From positions 1 to 11,504 of the forward strand of contig JBNAWM010000046.1 of the NCBI GenBank assembly GCA_049699855.1: a stretch of 11,504 nt of DNA, in the 5' to 3' direction. This document shows, in pieces, positions 1 to 7,182 of the stretch. The position numbers and the translations under genes are program-made. This DNA comes from Candidatus Cryosericum sp. (GTDB lineage: Bacteria > Caldisericota > Caldisericia > Cryosericales > Cryosericaceae). The notes beneath the pieces were generated by a model. The model searched no databases. It was given only the letters and a program-made list of their open reading frames with translations, and was not told the DNA's origin. Position 1 is the first letter of the stretch; each line of letters begins with the position of its first letter.

Positions 1-629
1 GTGATCACCGGCATGGGAGAGGTGGCAGGATCCAGCCCGAAGATGTGTGTGATGACCTCGTCCATGCGGATGGTGCCCGACTGGTCGAAAAAGACGCCCA
101 CGTGCGCGCGCAGAGGTGTCCGCGTGGAGACCTGGGCGGTCAGGACATACTTGCGGATGTCCTTGGGCGTGTGGGACTTGCCGTTTGCGCGTTCGACGCT
201 GAGGCTGGGCAGGGCGAGAAAGGAGGTGATGTGGGCCTTGAGCTGGTCGGCGCCCACCTCGGCCTTGTGCGGCCACGCGTACTCATAGCGCAGGATCATC
301 GGCTGGCCCATCAGCGACGGCGACGAGAGGGGGATATCGACGGCGGCCAGGAACCGGAGACCGGGAGGTGCCGTGCGCTCGAGGGCGGCGCTTCGTTCGG
401 CGATGGGGGAGTCGGCCTCGAGGACGACGTCGACGTATTCCTGAAGGCTGACCATGCCAACGCCCGTCGGGATGCCCGTTTCGAGCCTGACGCGCTGATT
501 GAAGCCCTCGCTGTAAGCCACGGGCAGATTGCTGCGGCGCAGCCACCGCACCAGGGCAGTCTGAACCTCGTGGTGTGAAAGCAGACAGGCTTCCTCTTCT
601 TTGCTGTATCGTATGCGCATCTTGATCAT
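1..629 (-). CDS. Radical SAM-linked protein (DUF2344 / TIGR03936 family), 3' end runs off the window
   Basis: Not in the ORF track; translated by hand from ATG at 629: MIKMRIRYSKEEEACLLSHHEVQTALVRWLRRSNLPVAYSEGFNQRVRLETGIPTGVGMVSLQEYVDVVLE..., open to the window edge. Matches the family pattern RxxxSK...SH...RRxxLPxAYSxGFN...GxxSxxEYxD. Confidence 0.85.
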   Translation of the reverse strand, partial: MIKMRIRYSKEEEACLLSHHEVQTALVRWLRRSNLPVAYSEGFNQRVRLETGIPTGVGMVSLQEYVDVVLEADSPIAERSAALERTAPPGLRFLAAVDIPLSSPSLMGQPMILRYEYAWPHKAEVGADQLKAHITSFLALPSLSVERANGKSHTPKDIRKYVLTAQVSTRTPLRAHVGVFFDQSGTIRMDEVITHIFGLDPATSPMPVI

Positions 630-635
630 GCGTTG

Positions 636-663
636 ATTGTAGCAGGAAAAGACGATGGTGCAA
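636..663 (-). promoter_or_regulatory. Sigma70-type promoter for the DUF2344 gene, probably leaderless
   Basis: Minus strand: TTGCAC (663-658), 16 nt, TACAAT (641-636) with extended TG; ATG follows 6 nt later with no SD. Confidence 0.65.
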
Positions 664-688
664 TGAAGAATCGCTGGTCTCCAAGCGG

Positions 689-716
689 TTGCGTAAGCGG
701 GAAAGCCGGCTACTAT
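689..716 (+). promoter_or_regulatory. Sigma70-type promoter for the S2P-trpS-scpA-scpB operon
   Basis: TTGCGT (689-694), 16 nt, TACTAT (711-716). Confidence 0.55.
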
Positions 717-772
717 AGGTAAATGAGAACTGCCGGCAAAACCGGCCTATCACCGAGAAAGGACGAAATCGT

Positions 773-1414
773 ATGCAGGGACTTTTGAGCTATTTGCGCA
801 GTGAGCTGCCGGTCTGGCTTGTCGAGGTGCCGGTCATCCTCATCGTGATTACCATCCATGAGTATTTCCATGCCTGGATGGCCTGGAAGCTGGGCGACAC
901 TACTCCCGTCGAGACAGGGCGTCTCAGCCTGAATCCACTTCGGCACCTTGATCCATTGGGGACGATCGCCCTTCTGCTGTTCCACGTCGGGTGGGCTCGT
1001 CCGGTCATGATCGACTTCGGAGCATTCAGGCACCCTCGCCGGGACACCATCCTCGTGTCGCTTGCAGGACCCGCGTCCAACTTTGCCACGGCTATCGTCG
1101 TGTATGCGCTTCTCTTGCTGGTGAGGAGCTCCAGCGGACTGGTTACCCAGTTCACATATCTGTACATCGTCCTGAAGAGCCTGATCGAGTTTTCCATCGC
1201 CCTTGGGCTGTTCAACCTCCTGCCGATCCCTCCACTTGATGGCTCCAAGGCGTTCTTCGCCATCTTCTTCAAGCGTCCCGAGAGATTTCTCTACGACCGG
1301 GCGATCGACTTGTACGGGACGATTGTTCTGCTTGCCCTGCTGTGGTTCAATATCCTGGGCGGCGCCATGACGCGAGTGCTGAACTTCATTTTTGCTTCGA
1401 TTCTGCGGCTGTGA
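773..1414 (+). CDS. Site-2 protease family (peptidase M50) membrane zinc metalloprotease
   Basis: HEYFH (HExxH), GRLSLNPLRHLDPLG, VSLAGPASN and NLLPIPPLDG motifs; several hydrophobic segments; AAAGGA SD upstream. Confidence 0.95.
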   Translation: MQGLLSYLRSELPVWLVEVPVILIVITIHEYFHAWMAWKLGDTTPVETGRLSLNPLRHLDPLGTIALLLFHVGWARPVMIDFGAFRHPRRDTILVSLAGPASNFATAIVVYALLLLVRSSSGLVTQFTYLYIVLKSLIEFSIALGLFNLLPIPPLDGSKAFFAIFFKRPERFLYDRAIDLYGTIVLLALLWFNILGGAMTRVLNFIFASILRL

Positions 1415-1421
1415 GGTGGCT

Positions 1422-2405
1422 ATGAAGAAGAGAATATTGAGTGGGATGCGGCCGACGGGCAAGCTTCATCTGGGGCATTATCTTGGCGTGCTCGCAAATT
1501 ACGTGCGCCTGCAGGATGAGTATGACTGCTACTTCATGGTGGCGGATATGCACGCGCTCACCACAAAGTGGAACGAAAGCGGCTCGATTCGCGACTACCG
1601 GAGAGAGATGGTTCTGGACTGGCTGGGGGCTGGGCTGGATCCGCAGAGGTCCGCTATCTTTTGCCAGTCAGACGTTCCCGAGCACGCGTATCTATTTACA
1701 CTGCTCGCGATGATCACGCCGGTGTCATGGGTGGAGCGCAACCCCACGGTGAAGGAAATGATCCACGACATGGACCTCAAGGACAATGTCAACCTTGGCC
1801 TGCTGAGCTATCCCGTGCTCATGGCTGCCGACATTATGCTGTACCGCGCAGAAGCGGTGCCGGTTGGCAAGGATCAGGTTCCGCACCTGGAGTTTACGCG
1901 GGAGCTGGTCCGCACGTTCAACCACACGTACGGCACCGAGCTCTTCCCGGAGCCACAGCCCATCCTCAACGAGTTCCAGAGGCTTCCGGGGCTGGACGGG
2001 CGCCGGATGAGCAAGTCGCTGGGGAACGATATTGTGATTTCGGATCCGCCGGAGGTGACAGCAAAGCGGATGATGACGGCATATACGGATCCTCTCAAGG
2101 TGCGCAGGGATGACCCTGGGCATCCTGAGGATGGCTGTGTCGTGTACCAGTATCACAAGCTGCTTCAGCCTGAAACGGCCGAGGAGGCGAAGGTTCAGTG
2201 CGAGCAGGGACTGCTGGGATGTGTCGCTCACAAGCGTTCGGTGGCGGCAATGGTGACCGCGCGCCTGGAAGGATTCCAGGAGCGGAGGGCTGCCTTTGCG
2301 GCCGACCCTGGCGCGGTGGACCGCATCCTGGAAGAAGGCCGCGAGAAGGCATCGGCTGTTGCATCTGAGACGGTGCGGCTTGTCCGGGAGGTCATCGGGA
2401 TCTGA
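1422..2405 (+). CDS. trpS: Tryptophan--tRNA ligase
   Basis: SGMRPTGKLHLGH (HIGH motif), YPVLMAADI, VPVGKDQ and RMSKS (KMSKS motif). Start set to ATG 1422 behind GAGG SD. Confidence 0.97.
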   Translation: MKKRILSGMRPTGKLHLGHYLGVLANYVRLQDEYDCYFMVADMHALTTKWNESGSIRDYRREMVLDWLGAGLDPQRSAIFCQSDVPEHAYLFTLLAMITPVSWVERNPTVKEMIHDMDLKDNVNLGLLSYPVLMAADIMLYRAEAVPVGKDQVPHLEFTRELVRTFNHTYGTELFPEPQPILNEFQRLPGLDGRRMSKSLGNDIVISDPPEVTAKRMMTAYTDPLKVRRDDPGHPEDGCVVYQYHKLLQPETAEEAKVQCEQGLLGCVAHKRSVAAMVTARLEGFQERRAAFAADPGAVDRILEEGREKASAVASETVRLVREVIGI

Positions 2406-2407
2406 CC

Positions 2408-3103
2408 GTGCCGGGCCTTACGGACTCTGTCAACAACCTGAGACTGCTGGGAAGGGCGGGACACGCCGACGTGGCAGAGGTCGTCGTCGAGCGGCTGGTG
2501 GATTTCCTGAGTGTGACCCTCCGGCGCGAGCCCGGTGTCGAGGAGCATGCCGAACTGCTCTACATGCTGGCGGATCTGTTGAAGCTCAAAAGCGAGTTCG
2601 TCCTGTTTGGACACGCGTCGGGGCAGGAGAAATCCCTGCTGGAGGGCATCCATGCCCTTGAGGATGCCGACCTGTACGCGCGGCCCATCATGGAGGTCCT
2701 GCAGGAAGTCAACACCGGCAAGTCGCCTTTCCGCAAGCCGAACGTGCGGGTGGACCGCCCTCCTGCGGAGCAGGAAACGGGCGAAGAAGTCTCGGATGCC
2801 TTGCTCGATGCGCTGTCCCGCATCGTTGAGCGGATAGCCGCACGCAAGCCGGCCGCAGCCGCGCGGACCGAGAGGTCGGCGTATCTGAGCCTTCAGCAGG
2901 TCATGCGCGAGGTGCGCGCGCTGGTGCGCGAACACGGGACCATCCTGTTCGAGGAGATCTTTGATGCGTCGGACTCGCGTGAGCGCGTGGTGCTGAGTTT
3001 CCTCGCCATCCTGATCCTGACCAAGATGGGCGAATTGCATATTGCCCAGGAAAGCCGTTTTGAAGGCATCGTCGTCGCCTACGTGGAGAGACAGCATGAG
3101 TGA
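2408..3103 (+). CDS. scpA: Segregation and condensation protein A (kleisin), divergent
   Basis: A-E-L-L-Y-M-L-A-D-L-L-K-L-K-S helix; C-terminal winged helix FEEIF...SRERVVLSFLAILILTKMGELHIAQESRFEGI; position between trpS and scpB. Confidence 0.85.
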   Translation: MPGLTDSVNNLRLLGRAGHADVAEVVVERLVDFLSVTLRREPGVEEHAELLYMLADLLKLKSEFVLFGHASGQEKSLLEGIHALEDADLYARPIMEVLQEVNTGKSPFRKPNVRVDRPPAEQETGEEVSDALLDALSRIVERIAARKPAAAARTERSAYLSLQQVMREVRALVREHGTILFEEIFDASDSRERVVLSFLAILILTKMGELHIAQESRFEGIVVAYVERQHE

Positions 3104-3641
3104 CCGTTCGGAAAGTCAGAAGTTCATCACGGGCCTGGAACTTCAGGCAGCCAAGCAGAGGTTGGAGGCGGTTCTCTTCAGTGCCGAGGGGCCGGTTGGG
3201 GTACGCTACCTGGCGCGTCGCATCGGCCAACCGGCGCAAGCCACACGGCACCTTCTGGAAAGCCTTCAGGCCGATTACGCCACCCGTGGTGTGCGGCTGG
3301 TTCAGGATGGGCAGAAGTACTTCTTTTCGGTGCCCGAGAAGCTTGATCCGGAACCGGCCCAGCCGCGTCCCAAGGTCGGGCTGTCCCGGCAGGCGCTGGA
3401 GATCCTTGCCCTGGTCATCACCAAGGGCGAACTGACTCGCAAAGAGATCCTTGAACTGCGGGGCGTCACAAGCGACAAGGCACTGGTGTCCTTGCTTCAG
3501 CGCGGCTTGCTGACCGCAAAGCGGAACTATATGAAGAGGGGAGTGGTCTACGACCTGTCTCCTGAACTCCTGGAACGGTGGGGGTTCTCCTCGCGCGAGG
3601 AACTGCTCCAGGAGGTCGAGTCACGGCGCCGAGGCCTGTAA
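3096..3641 (+). CDS. scpB: Segregation and condensation protein B
   Basis: LEAVLFSAEGPV and LSRQALEILALV...TRKEILELRGV...LLQRGLL. Start at ATG 3096 (GGAG SD), overlapping the scpA stop by 8 nt. Confidence 0.9.
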   Translation: MSDRSESQKFITGLELQAAKQRLEAVLFSAEGPVGVRYLARRIGQPAQATRHLLESLQADYATRGVRLVQDGQKYFFSVPEKLDPEPAQPRPKVGLSRQALEILALVITKGELTRKEILELRGVTSDKALVSLLQRGLLTAKRNYMKRGVVYDLSPELLERWGFSSREELLQEVESRRRGL

Positions 3642-5525
3642 GAAGGATTCCTCGGCAAGAGCAAGGTCGTCGAACAGTCGTTCCCGCCTCAACTGCAGTT
3701 CATGGATGCGAACGGAGAGCGACGCAATCTCGGATCCCTGCATGGTGGGGCCCTCTTCCTGGAGCGCTCTGGTGAGGTCTGCCTGTTCGTGCTCGACCTC
3801 GCCGATTTCGCGTTCGAGAAGGCGTACGCGTGCCTCGAGAGCCGCAAGCCGGTTATGCGAGACCTTGGCCTGGGCCTGGTTGTCGCGGCTGGGTTCGCGC
3901 CCGGATGGAGCGGGCCGGGGGGCTGCGCGGTCGCTGAAGAGCTGTTGTCTGTTGGCCGAGTAGTTGCCTTCCAGGATGGATACCTCACCGCGGTCGATGA
4001 AGATGATGCGGTCTGCTGCTGCATCGATGAAGGTCCGGTCGTGCGAGACGAACAGGACGGTACCCTCGAACGCGCGCAAGGTGGTCGCAAGCGACTCGCG
4101 CGTCTGGATGTCCAGGAAGTTGGTGGGCTCATCGAGGATGATCATGTTTGCCGTCTCGGTGGACAGAAGGGCAAGCAGAAGCCTCTGCTTCTCGCCACTG
4201 CTCATGGCCCCGGTCTGCTGGTCCATCTGGTCGCCCGAGAAACCAAAGCTGCCCAGGAGGGCCTTGATGTCCGAGATGATCATCTGAGGTCGCCTGGCCA
4301 TGATCCACTCAAGCGCTGTCTCGGTGCCGAAGAGGGTGTAGGTCTGTGGAAAGAACGAGTAGCGCACGCTCGGCCCCCAGTAGACCTCGCCCTGGTCGGG
4401 AACGATCTGCCCCATGGCAATGCCCAGCAAGGTTGACTTGCCGGCTCCGTTGCGTCCCAGGATGGCGACATGCTGACGAGACCGGATGGTCAGTGTTGCC
4501 CCTCTGAGGACATCGTGACTGCCGTACGACTTGCTGACCTGCTCGAGACGCAGGGCGATCTCACCGCTCTCGCCACTGTTGTGCAGGCACACGTGGACAT
4601 GCTTCCTTGCCACACCGGAGTCCTGCGGCTGGACCCTGGCCTTGAGCCGCTCCATTGCCTTTTCGCGCGAGGCGGCCTGACTGGCGCGCGTTCCATAGCG
4701 GTACTTCTCGACGTACTGGCGCATCCGCTCGATCTCACGCTTCAGTTCGGCGTCGTGGCGGGCACGGTCGGCGGCTTCGGCATCCCGAACGCGTACGTAG
4801 TCACTGTAGCCGCCAGTGAACAGGCGGAGTGTCCCTCCTTCGATGACCAGCAGTCTGTTGCATACCTGGTCCAGAAACCAGGCATCATGGGATGCCACGA
4901 GGACCGTTGCCTCCAGACCTTTCAGCTGGCGTTCGAGCCATTGCACGCCTGGGATGTCCAGGTAGTTGGTTGGCTCATCCAGAAGCCAGATGTCGCGGGT
5001 GTCGCTGACCAGCCGAGACAGGCGGAGGCGTGAAACCTCGCCCTCGCTCATGGTACCGGCTACGCGGTCGAGGTCCTCGGTGCTGAATCCCAGGCTGGAA
5101 AGAGCCTTGTTCATGCTGACGATGTAGTCATAGCCGCCCCTTGCCTCGAATTGCTCGGTCTGCCGTGTCAGTTCCGCCAGGTAGTTTTCTGTTTCAAGGC
5201 TCGTGGAGAGCAGGCGTTCCAGTTCACGGATGCGCTCGTCCTGCAAACGAAGGTGCTCAAACGGCTCCGCGACGATCTGCCGGGCAGTGCGCTGTGGATC
5301 GATTGGGACGGCATCGATGAAGCACATGGCGGCTCCGCCGGTGACCTGCAGGGTTCCCGCATAGTCATCATCCGTCCCCGCCAGCATGCGCAGGAGCGTG
5401 GTTTTCCCGCTGCCGTTGAGGCCCACAATGCCCACCTTGTCTCCGGGGCCGATGGCAATGTGCTGAGAACGGAACAGAAGGCGTTCGCCAAACATCTTTT
5501 CTACGTTGTCCAGTATCAGTGGCAT
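3621..5525 (-). CDS. ABC-F family ribosome-associated ATPase (YheS/YdiF/Uup-like)
   Basis: Two ABC domains (GLNGSGKT...LLDEPTN...SHD and GRNGAGKS...ILDEPTN...SHD), helical inter-ABC linker after GGYSDY, C-terminal coiled coil, no transmembrane segments; GGAG SD. Confidence 0.95.
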   Translation of the reverse strand: MPLILDNVEKMFGERLLFRSQHIAIGPGDKVGIVGLNGSGKTTLLRMLAGTDDDYAGTLQVTGGAAMCFIDAVPIDPQRTARQIVAEPFEHLRLQDERIRELERLLSTSLETENYLAELTRQTEQFEARGGYDYIVSMNKALSSLGFSTEDLDRVAGTMSEGEVSRLRLSRLVSDTRDIWLLDEPTNYLDIPGVQWLERQLKGLEATVLVASHDAWFLDQVCNRLLVIEGGTLRLFTGGYSDYVRVRDAEAADRARHDAELKREIERMRQYVEKYRYGTRASQAASREKAMERLKARVQPQDSGVARKHVHVCLHNSGESGEIALRLEQVSKSYGSHDVLRGATLTIRSRQHVAILGRNGAGKSTLLGIAMGQIVPDQGEVYWGPSVRYSFFPQTYTLFGTETALEWIMARRPQMIISDIKALLGSFGFSGDQMDQQTGAMSSGEKQRLLLALLSTETANMIILDEPTNFLDIQTRESLATTLRAFEGTVLFVSHDRTFIDAAADRIIFIDRGEVSILEGNYSANRQQLFSDRAAPRPAPSGREPSRDNQAQAKVSHNRLAALEARVRLLEREIGEVEHEQADLTRALQEEGPTMQGSEIASLSVRIHELQLRRERLFDDLALAEESFLQASAP

Positions 5526-5546
5526 GTCACTCCAGGTGTTCAGTCG

Positions 5547-5574
5547 TTTACAGCGTGCCCGTTTGGGGTATCAT
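5547..5574 (+). promoter_or_regulatory. Candidate sigma70 promoter for the GNAT gene
   Basis: TTTACA (5547-5552), 16 nt, TATCAT (5569-5574). Confidence 0.4.
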
Positions 5575-5580
5575 GATACC
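5567..5580. repeat. Perfect 14-bp palindrome GGTATCATGATACC within a larger imperfect inverted repeat (5560-5591)
   Basis: Read directly from the sequence. Outer arms are CGTTTGGGG (5560-5568) and CCCCGAACG (5583-5591). Confidence 0.8.
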
Positions 5581-5604
5581 TGCCCCGAACGAACCTTCGC
5601 ATTC

Positions 5605-5613
5605 ATTATAGCA
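5605..5613 (-). promoter_or_regulatory. Extended -10 promoter for the ABC-F gene
   Basis: Minus strand TGcTATAAT, a perfect extended -10 consensus about 80 nt upstream of the ABC-F ATG; no clear -35. Confidence 0.65.
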
Positions 5614-5677
5614 GTGAAATCGGGGTCACCCAGACGATCAGGGGCAGGACCTCGTCGCCGGGACAAGGAGACAGAAC

Positions 5678-6964
5678 ATGAAAACAACACTGACCATCCA
5701 GCGGCTGATCGAGCAACCCGTTTCCGACGTCGGTTCATTCGAACTTGCCCTTCCCAGACTCAAGGAGTTTGCGACGGTTCCCTGGAAGATTCCTTTCTAC
5801 AGCACAGCCCAGTCGCACAAGGCCATGCCGCTTGTGGCGATGGAACTGAACGACCTCAACCCCGACCGGGCCTGGTCGAAGCGCAAGTTTCCGGGTGCAA
5901 ACCCTTTCTTTCATCACTGTTCGTTTCTACAGTATTACATCGCCTACCAGGAAGGTGTGGCGGTTGGCCGCATCGCTGCCTTCGTGGACCGTTCGTACCG
6001 CGACCACACGGTGTCGGGTGATGTCGGCTGGGTAGGGCTGTTTGAGTGCATCGACGACGACACGGTTGGCGAGGCGCTGCTCGATGCGGCGACCAGGGAC
6101 CTCAAACGAGCGGGCGCGGTGAAGATCATCGGTCCTGCGCGCTTCAACGCCAACGGCGAGGACGGACTGCTGGTGGAGGGCTTCGACGTGCACCCCATGG
6201 TCATGGAGCCGTATCATCCTCCGTACTATGCCCGGATGTTCGAACGCTGGGGGGTGAAGGAGAATGACTGGTACGCCATACGGATGGTCGAGGGCACGGC
6301 AGCTCCATACATGGAGCGTCTTGAGACTATGCGCGAACAGGGTCGCGGTCTGGAACAGCGTCTCACCGCCCAGGGAATCAGGGTTCGCAATGTCCGCATG
6401 CGCGACTGGAAGCTGGAGATCGCCAAGATCAAGGCGATCTACAACGCTGCATGGGATTCGGCGGTGCACCCGCAGTTCGAGCAGTTCTCGGAGGAAGAGT
6501 TCGACTATCTGGCTGCGGGACTGCGCACACTGGCCATCGAGGACCTGGTGTTCATCGTGGAGGATTTCAAACAGAAGGGGCATCCGGCTGTGGGGATTGC
6601 GGTGACCCTGCCTGATCTCAACGAGGTGATCGACGAGTACGACAAGGCACATCCTGGGTATACGCCCAGTGAGCACGTCTATGGCGTCTCAGACTTTCGC
6701 CGCGATCTGGGCCTCTTTCGCCTGCTGAGGAGGCGCGTCCATGAACGTCGTTTCAAGTATGCACGGGTGTTCATTCTGGGTACCATACGCAAAAAAAGCG
6801 GCATCGATGCCATCCTGTACGAATTGACCTACCATGCATGTCTGAACATGGGGATCAAGGAGGCGTCGGGGTCGCAGATCGCCGACAGCAACCCTGAGAT
6901 CGTCATTCCCCTGACGCGCATGGGCAGTGCAGACATGACGTGGAGGGTGTACCGGCACGTCTGA
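5678..6964 (+). CDS. YghO-like GNAT-fold N-acyltransferase (bacterial ceramide synthase bCerS-like family)
   Basis: NPFF...VGRIAAFVD...GWVGLFECIDD...IIGP..F...GLLVEGFD.HPMVMEPYHPPYY...IYNAAW...LPDLNE...WRVY, the pattern of YghO / 'dATP pyrophosphohydrolase'-annotated proteins; AAGGAG SD. Confidence 0.8.
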   Translation: MKTTLTIQRLIEQPVSDVGSFELALPRLKEFATVPWKIPFYSTAQSHKAMPLVAMELNDLNPDRAWSKRKFPGANPFFHHCSFLQYYIAYQEGVAVGRIAAFVDRSYRDHTVSGDVGWVGLFECIDDDTVGEALLDAATRDLKRAGAVKIIGPARFNANGEDGLLVEGFDVHPMVMEPYHPPYYARMFERWGVKENDWYAIRMVEGTAAPYMERLETMREQGRGLEQRLTAQGIRVRNVRMRDWKLEIAKIKAIYNAAWDSAVHPQFEQFSEEEFDYLAAGLRTLAIEDLVFIVEDFKQKGHPAVGIAVTLPDLNEVIDEYDKAHPGYTPSEHVYGVSDFRRDLGLFRLLRRRVHERRFKYARVFILGTIRKKSGIDAILYELTYHACLNMGIKEASGSQIADSNPEIVIPLTRMGSADMTWRVYRHV

Positions 6965-6996
6965 GGCAAGCGACGGAGGCGGGAAGGGGTCAGCCA

Positions 6997-7083
6997 TGGT
7001 GCCGGGAGTGGGAATTGAACCCACACGGTGTTTCCACCGCGGGATTTTAAGTCCCGTGCGTCTGCCAGTTCCGCCATCCCGGC
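6997..7083 (-). tRNA. tRNA-Leu(TAA)
   Basis: GCCGGGATGGCGGAACTGGCAGACGCACGGGACTTAAAATCCCGCGGTGGAAACACCGTGTGGGTTCAATTCCCACTCCCGGCACCA: cloverleaf, long variable arm, anticodon TAA, encoded CCA. Confidence 0.97.
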
Positions 7084-7105
7084 GGGGGATGTCCTGCGAG
7101 AGAAT

Positions 7106-7180
7106 TGGAGGCAGCACCCGGATTCGAACCGGGGTATGAGGGTTTTGCAGACCCTTGCCTTACCACTTGGCTATGCCGCC
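7106..7180 (-). tRNA. tRNA-Cys(GCA)
   Basis: GGCGGCATAGCCAAGTGGTAAGGCAAGGGTCTGCAAAACCCT...GGTTCGAATCCGGGTGCTGCCTCCA; U73 discriminator, encoded CCA. Confidence 0.97.
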
Positions 7181-7182
7181 CC

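Noticed and set aside
45..578. 177-aa plus-strand ORF (and the 1..288 ORF)
   Set aside because: Antisense shadows of the minus-strand DUF2344 gene; no recognisable motifs.
717..1421. T-box or Trp attenuator controlling trpS
   Set aside because: No T-box consensus, terminator or Trp-codon leader; trpS follows the S2P stop by 7 nt.
3621..5525. Antibiotic-resistance (ARE) ABC-F
   Set aside because: No extended resistance-type linker and no mobile context; features fit housekeeping ABC-Fs.
5540..5602. 20-codon minus-strand uORF MRRFVRGRYHDTPNGHAVND upstream of ABC-F
   Set aside because: Its ATG starts only 2 nt after the TATAAT box, so it would not be in the transcript from that promoter.
3621..6996. 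ABC-F plus GNAT as an island integrated at the tRNA-Leu 3' end
   Set aside because: No duplicated tRNA 3' end, no integrase, and no evident compositional shift by eye.
6997..7083. bldA-like regulatory role for tRNA-Leu(TAA) in a GC-rich genome
   Set aside because: It sits in an ordinary Gly-Cys-Leu cluster under a consensus promoter, and genome-wide TTA usage cannot be judged from this window.
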